From an uncultured Pseudomonadales bacterium (GTDB taxonomy: Bacteria > Patescibacteriota > Microgenomatia > UBA1400 > MFAQ01), in contig CAZPFY010000002.1 in assembly GCA_964586045.1 (NCBI GenBank), positions 5,833 to 56,606 on the forward strand: DNA of 50,774 nucleotides. The letters are read 5' to 3'. Of the stretch, positions 26,937 through 36,705 are shown in pieces. The notes beneath the pieces were generated by a model. That model searched no databases and was not told where the DNA came from. It saw nothing but the letters and a program-made list of their open reading frames with translations. A program made the position numbers and the translations under genes. Position 1 is the first letter of the stretch. The number at the start of each line of letters is the position of its first letter.

Positions 26937-29171
26937 ATGGCAGAAATCGAACCAATTATGGCTTTAGACCCAGAAACAGATGCTCGTTTGACGGCCTTGG
27001 AAAGACCTGGTGAGCTTGGCTTGCCGGAATTGGCTCGTGCTTTGGGGGAAACAGTAACTGCGGCTGAGGCTGGAGAAGCTGATGCTGAGATTGCCCGAAG
27101 ACATGCAGAGTTGGTGGGTGTTGTTACTGAGGTAGAGGCGGGATTGGGTCCAAAATTTGAGGAGGTGGTGGAAGGACTAAAAGAAATTACAAATGAGGAT
27201 ACAGAACCAGAGGTAAGAAGGGCAGCTGTTATTTTACTAAAAGCCAAATATAAAAATATTTCTTTTGACGATGCTGTGGATTATGGTGGTGTTTCTGATA
27301 AAGATAAATTGGAACTGACAATGCTGGGCGAAGCTGTGAAGGTGATTGGAGCGGGAGAGGTGACGGCAGCGGATCAATGGGGTTCCGTTAGAAAAGCAGC
27401 TGATTTTTTGGAGAATGAATATAACATTCAAGTTGATAGGGTGGTAAGGGTAGAGGTGGAAACTGAGAAGCAGAGACTGGAGGCGATAATTGGTGCAAAT
27501 GAAAGGGATTGCGTGAGACTGTTGGCTGCTGATTTTGACCAAAATAATTTTGATACAAATTACAATAGGTTTGTTGAAAAAATTTTGAGGGCATCTGATG
27601 CACCTTATGCTGTTGCAATAAGGGATCACCTGGATGCTGTAGGAGGACACTTGATGGTTCGAGACGAAGATATTTTTGAGGCGGTACAAGAAGTGTACTT
27701 AAACTATATTATTGGCCAAGACAATTTAAATAAGATTGGGAACGAAGCTTTAAAAATAGCAGAGTGGGATCAAAACATAATAGACCATGAACCAGGGTAT
27801 GAAACTGATGAATCAAAAAATGGCTTGCGACTATTGAGACTCACTAATAAAAAACAGTTGACTGAGAATGTTAGAGAAATAGCCAAACGAAGGAATTGGG
27901 AGGGTGGTAGGTCTGCTATTGTGTCGGAGTATTTAGCAAGAAGACTGGGTTTTGTGGAAGGTTCCTCTGACGACAAAAGCGATGTGGGTATAATTGTAAA
28001 AGTTTTAAGTAAAGCATATCTAGAGAGTGATATTATTGGTGGAAATAAAAATATCGAAATTTCTAAGGAAAATAATCAAGAGTTGTTGAGGCAGATAGTA
28101 AAAATACACGATATTGCTGTAACAATGGATTCTCCGACGTTTAAACCGGAAAACATGTCATCAGAACGTTTGAACACGGTAGATGAGGCTATGATTGCGA
28201 TGCTGACAATAAAAAAAGATGGTGTTTCTCTTGTTCCAAAGGTGATTGAAGTATTTGATGATACTATGCGAGAAGAATATGGAACAAAAAAGAAAGAAAT
28301 TGATATAGATAATAGTGAAATTCTAATGAAAGTAATGGAAAAACTAAGAGGTCAAGATTTGTTTGGTTCTGATGAGGAAATGAGAGTTTTTGTAAAGATG
28401 GGTAGAGATATTTGTAGAATTACGGGTGTTGATGCTCAATATGGTTATCCTGTAGATGTTGAAAAAGGTAAACCTGGTGGGTTGGCTTTAAGTGTTAAAG
28501 GGTCTTTTTTGAGAGGTTTGTTAAATTTTAATAAAGCACTGATAACATATGGAACAGACGAAAGATTGACGGGAAATATTAAATTGGGATTAGTTCCCTT
28601 CTGGAACAATTTGAGAGGTGATGAGATCCTTGGTGGTAAAAAGGCTAAGGAAATTTTGGAATCATCTCCAATAACCGCTGTTGATATAGAAAATTTGATT
28701 AGAGATAAGATGTTGGGGAAAGAGAATTTTCTTGGTTGGTTTGGAACCCTAAAGGGGTTCGTCGAAGCAAAAAACGCAGAAAGTGATTTTATGAACGGCA
28801 AGCCTCCTAAGTTGGATGATTTTTTTGAAAAAGTAGTTCCAGCTTATCACGGATATATGAAATATACTCCAGATAAGGAAAGGGAATACTTAAGAAATAG
28901 GTTTGCTGGGTGTGTAACATATTTTTCCAACCAAGTTGGTGGTTTTGATTTGGTTCGTGAAGCTGCAAAAAAAACATTTATGCCTGGTAATGTGTTTGAT
29001 GGTAAAGGTATCTTTAGTAGTCTAAAAGAGATGTCTGGTTTTTTTAAGAAAGATCGTTTGGTAATTAGTACTCAAACAGTTAAGGTAAAGTCCAGAAATG
29101 ATGAAGCGAGAGATGCTGGTCAAAGAGGGGATATCTTGGGGGTAATTAAGTCGATATTTATACCCAAATAA
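26937..29171 (+). CDS. Large acidic helical hypothetical protein
   Basis: 744-aa ORF with no recognisable motif. Confidence 0.75.
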   Translation: MAEIEPIMALDPETDARLTALERPGELGLPELARALGETVTAAEAGEADAEIARRHAELVGVVTEVEAGLGPKFEEVVEGLKEITNEDTEPEVRRAAVILLKAKYKNISFDDAVDYGGVSDKDKLELTMLGEAVKVIGAGEVTAADQWGSVRKAADFLENEYNIQVDRVVRVEVETEKQRLEAIIGANERDCVRLLAADFDQNNFDTNYNRFVEKILRASDAPYAVAIRDHLDAVGGHLMVRDEDIFEAVQEVYLNYIIGQDNLNKIGNEALKIAEWDQNIIDHEPGYETDESKNGLRLLRLTNKKQLTENVREIAKRRNWEGGRSAIVSEYLARRLGFVEGSSDDKSDVGIIVKVLSKAYLESDIIGGNKNIEISKENNQELLRQIVKIHDIAVTMDSPTFKPENMSSERLNTVDEAMIAMLTIKKDGVSLVPKVIEVFDDTMREEYGTKKKEIDIDNSEILMKVMEKLRGQDLFGSDEEMRVFVKMGRDICRITGVDAQYGYPVDVEKGKPGGLALSVKGSFLRGLLNFNKALITYGTDERLTGNIKLGLVPFWNNLRGDEILGGKKAKEILESSPITAVDIENLIRDKMLGKENFLGWFGTLKGFVEAKNAESDFMNGKPPKLDDFFEKVVPAYHGYMKYTPDKEREYLRNRFAGCVTYFSNQVGGFDLVREAAKKTFMPGNVFDGKGIFSSLKEMSGFFKKDRLVISTQTVKVKSRNDEARDAGQRGDILGVIKSIFIPK

Positions 29172-29173
29172 GA

Positions 29174-30910
29174 CTAAGTTGCCTTTCCTCCTGAATTTGG
29201 TTTACCAAACCATGGTGTGGTGTCGTTAAAAAACTCTCTTCCTGTTGTGCCCGTGTATCGACCTTCTGCGCCACTGGCAATACCTCCAAGTGGAGACATT
29301 CTAAAACCACTTCCTTTTCCTGTAGCAGGGTCATAATCTCCTGTTTGGTTATATCCATATTTGAGGGCTTCGCCAATGGCGGCGCCGTATTTGAATGGAG
29401 GTACCTTGAGAGCTTCGAGGACCATGTCGACGTATTTACTGGACATAAGCAGCAATCCAAGACCAATGGCCGCTAGCATTAGATCTCCGTAGTTTGTACC
29501 AGTGGGGATTGTCATTGGCGGGGTCCAGAGGCTAGTACCTATTCCCGTGGATAGAGGCATAACTCCAAAAGCAGCAGATGAACCTCCAAAAAGATTAACA
29601 ACAGGTTGCATCATTAGGGCATATGAGAGAACTAAAAAGAAAGAAGCTACCGGAAAAGCAGCAAGATTTCCAATTATTCCCATTATCCAGCCCGAAAAAG
29701 CTTTTGATCCTGGAAAAACATTTCCAAGTAAAATAATAGGACTAAAAATGAGGCTAATAATAACAGACAAATAACACTGAAAAAGTTTTAATATCAATTT
29801 AAAATATGACCAAATTATTGAAATTATAATTATAATTGCAATTAAAATTCCAAATCCAGTAAGCATTCCCGCAACAATTCCAACCAACGCTCCAGCAACT
29901 CCGAGAGCGCCACCTAGGAGTAAATTAAAAATAATAAATGGAGACACTATAATTCCCAGCAAAGTATTTATTAAAAATGAACCGACAGCGCCCATTTTTG
30001 ATTGTCCGCTTGCCCAATTGACTCCACCGCTTATGGGATCTGCGATTATTTTACCAACCCTCAAAACATCAATCCCAAGAGCTGCTATGACGGTAGAAAT
30101 ATCTACAAGTAAACCGACAATGGCGTAAGAGAAAGTTATAAGCAGAAGTGTTGTGATAAGCTTTGGAATGGCTAGTTGGATGGTGGCTGCAGTTTTGCTG
30201 TCAATGCGAACTCTAAACATAATCATTATTCCGTAGATGACGAAGGCAATAGCAAAAAGCATGTATGCTATGTTTCTGAATGCGCGCCAAAGGGGAAGAA
30301 CTGGGGATAGTCCGGTAAAGCCCATCCCTGGTGTTGCGGCGTAAGCGGAATCTACGATATGGTTTTTTTTAAGATTGTTGCTGATATAGGCAATGTATTC
30401 AGTTGTGGTGGCTGGCTTAGAGTTAATAAGGTTTTTTGTGAGTAACTCGGCTTTTGACACAAGATCGTTTTGTTTGGATTGAATTAAAGATAATTCTTGA
30501 AGTTTTTTTGGATAATTGTCATAAGTTAGAGATGATTGAATATTGGTTATTTGTTCTAAAATTTCAACCATTTGTTCTGGCAAGGATTTTGTTTGGGGTT
30601 GCAATAGCCATTCAAATCCTTGGAGAATAATAATGTCAACAAAGCCAACCCCTTCACCTCTTAGCGAGGAGGTGTCTTTATCACATTTGCCGGAAAACCA
30701 GGTTTCTAGGTTCATTAAATTGCCAGATCTTTTATCGCAAAATTCTTTAGATAAGGCCCAAGGATTGTCTGCAGGAAAGTTCTTTACAAAGTCTGCGATT
30801 TTACTTGCATCTAGAGCAGCGTGGGATGGTTGGGGGAGATATGTGAGAAAAGAAATGAGGAAAAAAGACAAAGAAAAAATGAGGGCTAGGGGTTTGCGGA
30901 AATACTGCAT
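29174..30910 (-). CDS. VirB6/TrbL-like polytopic membrane protein
   Basis: Signal peptide; LWRAFRNIAY, IPKLITTLLLITFSYAIVGLLVD, SLIFSPIILL...PG...FSGW; T4SS context. Confidence 0.7.
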   Translation of the reverse strand: MQYFRKPLALIFSLSFFLISFLTYLPQPSHAALDASKIADFVKNFPADNPWALSKEFCDKRSGNLMNLETWFSGKCDKDTSSLRGEGVGFVDIIILQGFEWLLQPQTKSLPEQMVEILEQITNIQSSLTYDNYPKKLQELSLIQSKQNDLVSKAELLTKNLINSKPATTTEYIAYISNNLKKNHIVDSAYAATPGMGFTGLSPVLPLWRAFRNIAYMLFAIAFVIYGIMIMFRVRIDSKTAATIQLAIPKLITTLLLITFSYAIVGLLVDISTVIAALGIDVLRVGKIIADPISGGVNWASGQSKMGAVGSFLINTLLGIIVSPFIIFNLLLGGALGVAGALVGIVAGMLTGFGILIAIIIIISIIWSYFKLILKLFQCYLSVIISLIFSPIILLGNVFPGSKAFSGWIMGIIGNLAAFPVASFFLVLSYALMMQPVVNLFGGSSAAFGVMPLSTGIGTSLWTPPMTIPTGTNYGDLMLAAIGLGLLLMSSKYVDMVLEALKVPPFKYGAAIGEALKYGYNQTGDYDPATGKGSGFRMSPLGGIASGAEGRYTGTTGREFFNDTTPWFGKPNSGGKAT

Positions 30911-30930
30911 ATACTAGAGAAAATTATACA
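30892..30930 (+). repeat. 39-bp exact direct repeat, copy 1
   Basis: gtttgcggaaatactgcatatactagagaaaattataca, identical to 32878-32916. Confidence 0.95.
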
Positions 30931-30999
30931 CGACCCAGCCGACAACAAACAGGTCTTGTGATAATAAAAAGCCCCGAGGGAGTCGGGGGAGAATGGTTA

Positions 31000-31542
31000 T
31001 TATTTGGAGTAAATTTCGACAAGCCATTTTTTGATTTCGGTTTCGAGTTCTGCAACGGTTTTGATAGAAGGCTTGTTACGGTCCCTGATAGAAATAACTG
31101 GGTCCATTGTGTCTTGACCGTTGATTTTTTTACAATCAGCGCCAAGAAATACGTCAATTTTTTTGCCTGATTTAGGTTCTATTATTGTCCAGCCAATTGC
31201 ATAAACTGATTCAATAACATATTTAGGTCCCGGATCCTGAAACCTTGCATCTAAGCTATATGCACCATCATTTAAGTCTTTCATTTTTACTAAAAAATTT
31301 CCACAAGTGTTGATTTTGGCGAAAGGTACTTCACCAGCAACACTAATTCTTAATTCTTCACTTCTGGCCAGGGAAAAAAGGTTTTCAATTTCGATTCTGG
31401 TCTGTTCGATTGCTTGGTAAAAGAGTCGAATTAGGCGACTGCTTTCTTGTTGGGCGAGATTTATTCTTTTTTGTTTGTCTTCTTGCTCTTTTTTGCGAAG
31501 TTCTTCGGCTTGTTGTTTGGCCTGAGATATCCAGTTAGACAT
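31000..31542 (-). CDS. Hypothetical protein with an N-terminal coiled coil
   Basis: 180-aa ORF preceded by an AAAGGAGA Shine-Dalgarno. Confidence 0.75.
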   Translation of the reverse strand: MSNWISQAKQQAEELRKKEQEDKQKRINLAQQESSRLIRLFYQAIEQTRIEIENLFSLARSEELRISVAGEVPFAKINTCGNFLVKMKDLNDGAYSLDARFQDPGPKYVIESVYAIGWTIIEPKSGKKIDVFLGADCKKINGQDTMDPVISIRDRNKPSIKTVAELETEIKKWLVEIYSK

Positions 31543-31617
31543 GGGTATTTTTCTCCTTTTAAGGGTGCGAGTTGGTATGGGGGATTATAGCCTTGGATGG
31601 GGCAAAAGGCAAGTTAG

Positions 31618-31890
31618 TTATTTTTTATATATTTCGTCGTGAGTGCCGATATCAAAGAAATATGCAGATCCGTCGGTGTCCATGTTATACAAAATTCTAG
31701 TGCTCATTCCTACTGAAAGACTTCTGGTGTTGTGGAGATATCCAGACAATTTATGGTTTCGAAGAGAGGGATGTTTTTGGTTGATTTGAAATATTTTTGT
31801 CTGTTTAATTATTTTTTCCAACAGTTTTGGGTTGTGCTTTTTTATTTGTTTTAGTTTATTTTGGAAAGTAGGGGAAAACTTTGTTTCCAT
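31618..31890 (-). CDS. RelE/YafQ-superfamily toxin
   Basis: FSPTF...HPSLRNHKLSG...RSLSV...RILY...DIGTHDEIY. Confidence 0.85.
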   Translation of the reverse strand: METKFSPTFQNKLKQIKKHNPKLLEKIIKQTKIFQINQKHPSLRNHKLSGYLHNTRSLSVGMSTRILYNMDTDGSAYFFDIGTHDEIYKK

Positions 31891-32144
31891 TATAAGTTTG
31901 CAAAATATTTGTCGACATCGTCTACGACTACGGCCTTATCTTTTTCGAGTATGGCTTGTTTGTAGGCATCTTCGGTTCTTTGGGATGCTCTATATGTAGG
32001 AAAGTCGTCTTTTTGGGCTTTTTCGATAATCATATGTTTAACTACCTGGGTAACAGGGATTCCGAGCTGGCTGGACTGGCCAAGAAGAAAGTCATAAAGT
32101 TGGCTGGTTAGGCTTATTTTGACCTGTATTTGGGGTGTTTTCAT
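31890..32144 (-). CDS. Cognate antitoxin (RHH-like N-terminus)
   Basis: 1-bp overlap with the toxin; own TTGACA-17-TACAAT promoter; C-terminal VDDVDKYFANL. Confidence 0.75.
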   Translation of the reverse strand: MKTPQIQVKISLTSQLYDFLLGQSSQLGIPVTQVVKHMIIEKAQKDDFPTYRASQRTEDAYKQAILEKDKAVVVDDVDKYFANL

Positions 32145-32198
32145 ACCTAGATTGTACTTAATTAGACCTTATTTGTCAACATAAGAAACTCCAAAACT

Positions 32199-32234
32199 GG
32201 ATTGCCACGGTTCGAGTACTAAACTCGCAATGAC
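32199..32234 (+). repeat. REP/RPE-like element
   Basis: ggattgccacggttcgagtactaaactcgcaatgac. Confidence 0.8.
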
Positions 32235-32241
32235 GGATGAT

Positions 32242-32532
32242 TTAGATTGAGGCGCGAGTTTTGGGAGAGAGTTCTTTTTGGACTTTTTCACTTAGGTACA
32301 TCTTCATGAGGGACTGGTAGGGGACGTCTTTGGAGTTGGCGAGATGTTTGAGACTGGCGAGAAGGCTAGAAGGAAGACGTAGAGAGATGGATTCGGTGCT
32401 AGGTTTGAGATTGGAGAAGATGATTTTTTCAGCTTTTGACCAGTCGACGTGTTCAGTTGAGTCGTGGGAAGCCCAAAACTTTTGTTCTTCGGCCTCGTTT
32501 TTGAATTTAGGTATTGGTTTATTTGGTTTCAT
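32242..32532 (-). CDS. brnA: BrnA/CopG-family antitoxin
   Basis: IPKFKNEAEEQKFWASHDST...ISLRLP...DVPYQSLMKMYL. Confidence 0.85.
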   Translation of the reverse strand: MKPNKPIPKFKNEAEEQKFWASHDSTEHVDWSKAEKIIFSNLKPSTESISLRLPSSLLASLKHLANSKDVPYQSLMKMYLSEKVQKELSPKTRASI

Positions 32533-32812
32533 ATACTTTGGTTTCTTTTTTGTTCATATCCCTAATAGAGATAATCCTAATTTGGTTTTTTCTAATGGTA
32601 AAGACGAGAAATAGCTTTCGACCTGCGTTGGTTTTGCCTAGCCCGTAAAATCTATCTTCGCCACTGGAGTGTTTCAGGTCTTCGGCGATGACTAGGGGTT
32701 GGTTGAAGAAAACTTCTTCTGACTCTTGAATTGTGACTTTGTGCTTGATGAGGTTCTTGTTTGAATTGCCCAAATCCCAGTCAAATGATGTAGGAGATGG
32801 TAGAATTCTCAT
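32519..32812 (-). CDS. brnT: BrnT-family toxin
   Basis: FDWDLGN..KN..KHKV...E.EEVF...HS..EDRF..LGKT..GR.LFLVFTIR...IRIIS.RDM. Confidence 0.88.
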   Translation of the reverse strand: MRILPSPTSFDWDLGNSNKNLIKHKVTIQESEEVFFNQPLVIAEDLKHSSGEDRFYGLGKTNAGRKLFLVFTIRKNQIRIISIRDMNKKETKVYETK

Positions 32813-32877
32813 CTAGATTTAGTATATTACTGATATATACATATTGTCAAGTGGGAGGTCTATTTGAGGCTGGTTGA

Positions 32878-32916
32878 GTTTGCGGAAATACTGCATATAC
32901 TAGAGAAAATTATACA
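32878..32916 (+). repeat. 39-bp exact direct repeat, copy 2
   Basis: Identical to 30892-30930. Confidence 0.95.
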
Positions 32917-32930
32917 GGAAATGAGGAGAA

Positions 32931-33007
32931 AAAACTCAAAAAATCAAATAATCTAAAACTCAAAATTTGGAATTGTCTTGGATGGATTCCTTACAAGTCC
33001 GAATAAC
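32931..33007 (+). repeat. 8-bp AAAACTCA array (32931-32962) plus a degenerate REP-like element (32984-33007)
   Basis: aaaactca aaaaatca aataatct aaaactca; ggattccttacaagtccgaataac. Confidence 0.65.
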
Positions 33008-33019
33008 AAGGTGTGTTTA

Positions 33020-33577
33020 CTAATCTAACAATTTGAAGTTGTTGACCCAGTAGGTGGCGGTGTCTTGGATATATTGGCGGTTGCCGTAAATAATTTGGGT
33101 GTTTTTTAAATTTATGGTTTTGGGTAAATATTTTTTGGCTTCGAGGAATGATTCTTTAAAAGCAAGAGCGTTTTGGCCTGTTAGAGATTGTTCGTTGTAA
33201 TTAATGCCATAAATTTCTAGTCGAAGAATGGAATCTTCATCTACGGCGCTTTTGTAAATGTTGATTGTGGTTTTGAGGCCGGTATTTGTAGCATAGTCGT
33301 TTAAACGAATAGGAAGAGAATCAACAATCTTTTCGATTTCGACGATAGAGGTTTCGGAGGGGATTTTGTTTATAACCTTTAGGTTGTTTGTTTGGGAATT
33401 AGAAATTAGTTCAACCTTTTTTTGGATTACCGGGGTTTTGGTTGTAGTTTTTTTGGGGGAAATGAGAGGAATGTTTCCAGCGAGAGTTTTTTTGTTTTTG
33501 TTGTAGCTGTATATGCCGGTGCTGACAAAAATTGTGAGGAGAACAATGGAGGAGATGATGATGGTTTTTTGGGTCAT
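33020..33577 (-). CDS. Single-pass membrane protein in the T4SS-like operon
   Basis: N-terminal TM helix, K/T-rich linker, compact C-terminal domain; starts 5 bp after the upstream gene. Confidence 0.75.
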   Translation of the reverse strand: MTQKTIIISSIVLLTIFVSTGIYSYNKNKKTLAGNIPLISPKKTTTKTPVIQKKVELISNSQTNNLKVINKIPSETSIVEIEKIVDSLPIRLNDYATNTGLKTTINIYKSAVDEDSILRLEIYGINYNEQSLTGQNALAFKESFLEAKKYLPKTINLKNTQIIYGNRQYIQDTATYWVNNFKLLD

Positions 33578-33582
33578 GTCAA

Positions 33583-36500
33583 TTATTTTTTATGTGACAG
33601 ATAATACATAATGGCGACCGTGAGAGAACCTGGCCTTTCGTGAATCTGGGGTTTGGTTGCTGTACAGTCGTACATATAAAGTAAATACATATTGTCGTGT
33701 TCTGGTGACTTCCACCAATTGGTAACATAAGGATCGTCGTAGCCTGTAGTTGGGGGAGGACAGTAATTGTAACTAAACTGGAACGGAAAACCGTTTTGGC
33801 AACTGTCTCTGCAGGACCCTGGTTCAGCCCCGCCTTCGGAACGTGATACCCCACAAGTGCAAGTTTTTGCAATTTCTTCAATGGAGGCACTTGGTGAAAG
33901 TTTTCCACAGCTGACAGTGGAGCCGCATCGACCGTTTGTTGTTGAGGTACAGCTATTGCTTCCACCGGCTTGACAGTTACTATTACCACCACCGTTGTAC
34001 CAAGAGAGAGCTTTGATAAGAGAGTTGAGGTCTGTGAGGCTGCCGACTTTGGCACTTAGTTCGTTGGCAGCTTGAATAGCTGATTCAGTAAGGCTTCTTC
34101 CTGCGAGATCACCTCCGCTTTGAAGATCCTTGTTGGGGTCGTTGTCGGCTTCTTCGTAGTGAATGCCGGCGAGGACTTCACAGGGAACCCCGGTTTGTTT
34201 TTCGGCTTCGGAATAGGCGGTAACAAGATCGGGATTTGCGCTGAGATTGCTTTCTATTTCACCCCAAACTGATTGGGCTTTATCTGAAGGTGCGGTAACG
34301 TCACCTGCTATCTTCGAAAACGCTTCGCCCGTACAAGTACTTTCGGTTGCAGATTCGACAAGGGCAAGTTTGCAGCGAGGAGAGTTTTGCTGGTCTTCGG
34401 GGAGAGTCCAACAGTTTTGAAGGAGGTGAGTAGTATCTTGGGCTCGGTTATTTATTCGGTTTATGGGTTCAACTTCGTTAATAATGCGAGATTGTCCGTT
34501 GGGAGCGGTGGCGGTTCTTTTGTCATCGAGATAGGCGGAGTAATGGGCGGCATAAGGAGCATCGATACTAGCGTCGGTGATTTTTTTCTTATTAAAGGCA
34601 TCGGGAATAAGAGTTTTGTAAAGGGAAAATTTACTATCCTGAACAACGGCGTTTTTAATATCGGTTTCTTTGGGATTATTGAGAACTGCTAGAGCTTTTC
34701 CGTGGCGAACGCCATAAACTTTCCATTTACGAGTACAACAAACATCTTCTCCCTCGGGATAGGTTTTGTGGTTGTCTGGACATTCGGTTCGTTTTATAAC
34801 GCAGTTTCGACCATATTGATCGCAATCTTCTTTTTCTTCTCTGGATTTGCAGCTGGGAGCAAAGGTCCACTTGAGTTCGTCGCCCATGATAGTAACAACT
34901 TGGTGATGGTCATCGTATGGAGACTCTCCTGGTGGGACTATGGATTTGTCTGGGGCGGTTTTGGAGGAGAGGAGGTGATAGCTTACAGGAAGAGGGCAGC
35001 TTTTGTAATTTACATAGCCAAGTTTGGCGATTTCTTTGGGAAGATCTTCATCATTTTTGGTGTAGCCCTTTAGTTTGGTATCTTCTTCTTTGGTAAATAG
35101 GTCTTTAACTTGTTCATAAATCCAGCCAACGGTATTGGAGGCGATTTGAGCTGGTGAGTTTCCAATTTGCTGGGTAATAAAATCGAGAAAACCAATTTTT
35201 GCTAGCTTTACTTCTGGGGTGTCGGTAGCTGCATTTCCTCTTTTGTAATCAGAAATAATACCGCCTGGGGTGGCATAAGTATCTATCAACCAGCTGGGTT
35301 GAAGTGAGGCCAAAATACCAAACTTGGGGGAGAGAAGTCCTTGGTAGATGGCTCCAACGTAAGGAATATTTTCTCTTGAAAGGTTTGTCAGGGTTGGTTT
35401 GTCGGTTCCATATCTGGGAACATTAAGAATGTTTTTTAGGTCATTTATATAATAGTCTGGTCGCGTTACATAAAACTGTTCTTCAAAATCGTCTTTGCGT
35501 TTGACAATATAACTGCGAATACTGTCGTGATCTAGGGGAACAAATGCGCTGTACGGTCCATCCAAGTCGCCACCAAAGGCAGCAAGGGCTGTTTTGTAGA
35601 TTTGGAGAGGAGCACCTACTAAAGTACTAGCACCAAGAGGGAGCTGTTCTGCCAGTTGAGTTAGATAATCGGTAATGTTTTGAGTAAAAGGTTTGAGTTC
35701 TTTAATGGCCTGGGCATATTCAGGGCAAACGGGGTAGTCTGTAAGGCAGCCGACGCGTATAAAGGGAAAGTGAAAAAAAAGAATAATTTGAGACTTTAGG
35801 GCGAGATAAATACTTTTTAAATCTGTTTTTTCGGTTTTGCCATCGGTATCGGTGTATTCGTAGCGAATATTATTTATTTGATTATTGTTGGCCATGTTGA
35901 GAGTAAAAGAACGAAGGTTTGCCTGAGTAGAAGCGGAGAGTAAACGCCAATAAGTACGATATGCCTCTCGATTGTTGTTGGGGTTGTCCTTACTGGTGTT
36001 TAGGTCCATTGGTTTACCAAAGAGGGAGTCGTAGAGATAGTTTTGAGCAACAAAGTCGGAGGACTTTTCCTCTCTAGTTTTGTTATCTGGTCCGTAACTG
36101 CCTAGCTCGGCATCTCGGACATCGGTATAAACAAGCATGCTAATGGCGCACTTAATGGGGTCGACGTTGGGTTGGGGTGGCGGATTACTTCCGCCGCCGA
36201 CGTCGGCAGTGTTACCGCAAGCAAGATATCCTTGTTCTTCAAAATTATCTGGGGTGCCAACGCCTCTTTCGTGAGTGTATTCGACAATTGGTTCATAGAT
36301 ACAGGTTTTTTGGTACTCGGTAATATCAGAAACGGCGTTTTTGAAGCGGTTGATACAGGTACTGTTGGGCGGAAAAACACCTTCTCCTTCGGGACATAAT
36401 TCTAAGACATTACCGTTTTCATCGAGAGGCAAATCTCTGGGAGGAGTAATGGGAGGCGTAAGAGGAATTTTTGTTTTGGGAACACAGTGGTCGTCTTCTT

Positions 36501-36702
36501 CCATGGGGTACTTGATACAAACTTCATTTTCATTGCACATGGTTTTGCCACAGACGGTAAGACCTATGGGGGGAGCAGGGTTGGGGCCATTTTGACCAGA
36601 AAGGTCAACTCCAACGGGTTTGGTAACAACAGCTGTAGCAAAAACTTGACGAGAGAAAAAGACTAAGAAAATAAAGAATAATATTGGGAAAAACTTCTTC
36701 AC
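33583..36702 (-). CDS. Large secreted Cys-rich protein with a C-terminal lysozyme/lytic-transglycosylase-like domain
   Basis: Signal peptide; AYSEAEKQTGVPCEVLAGIHYEE ... SAIQAANEL ... ALSWYNGG resembles lysozyme-fold motifs. Confidence 0.6.
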   Translation of the reverse strand: MKKFFPILFFIFLVFFSRQVFATAVVTKPVGVDLSGQNGPNPAPPIGLTVCGKTMCNENEVCIKYPMEEDDHCVPKTKIPLTPPITPPRDLPLDENGNVLELCPEGEGVFPPNSTCINRFKNAVSDITEYQKTCIYEPIVEYTHERGVGTPDNFEEQGYLACGNTADVGGGSNPPPQPNVDPIKCAISMLVYTDVRDAELGSYGPDNKTREEKSSDFVAQNYLYDSLFGKPMDLNTSKDNPNNNREAYRTYWRLLSASTQANLRSFTLNMANNNQINNIRYEYTDTDGKTEKTDLKSIYLALKSQIILFFHFPFIRVGCLTDYPVCPEYAQAIKELKPFTQNITDYLTQLAEQLPLGASTLVGAPLQIYKTALAAFGGDLDGPYSAFVPLDHDSIRSYIVKRKDDFEEQFYVTRPDYYINDLKNILNVPRYGTDKPTLTNLSRENIPYVGAIYQGLLSPKFGILASLQPSWLIDTYATPGGIISDYKRGNAATDTPEVKLAKIGFLDFITQQIGNSPAQIASNTVGWIYEQVKDLFTKEEDTKLKGYTKNDEDLPKEIAKLGYVNYKSCPLPVSYHLLSSKTAPDKSIVPPGESPYDDHHQVVTIMGDELKWTFAPSCKSREEKEDCDQYGRNCVIKRTECPDNHKTYPEGEDVCCTRKWKVYGVRHGKALAVLNNPKETDIKNAVVQDSKFSLYKTLIPDAFNKKKITDASIDAPYAAHYSAYLDDKRTATAPNGQSRIINEVEPINRINNRAQDTTHLLQNCWTLPEDQQNSPRCKLALVESATESTCTGEAFSKIAGDVTAPSDKAQSVWGEIESNLSANPDLVTAYSEAEKQTGVPCEVLAGIHYEEADNDPNKDLQSGGDLAGRSLTESAIQAANELSAKVGSLTDLNSLIKALSWYNGGGNSNCQAGGSNSCTSTTNGRCGSTVSCGKLSPSASIEEIAKTCTCGVSRSEGGAEPGSCRDSCQNGFPFQFSYNYCPPPTTGYDDPYVTNWWKSPEHDNMYLLYMYDCTATKPQIHERPGSLTVAIMYYLSHKK

Positions 36703-36705
36703 TTT

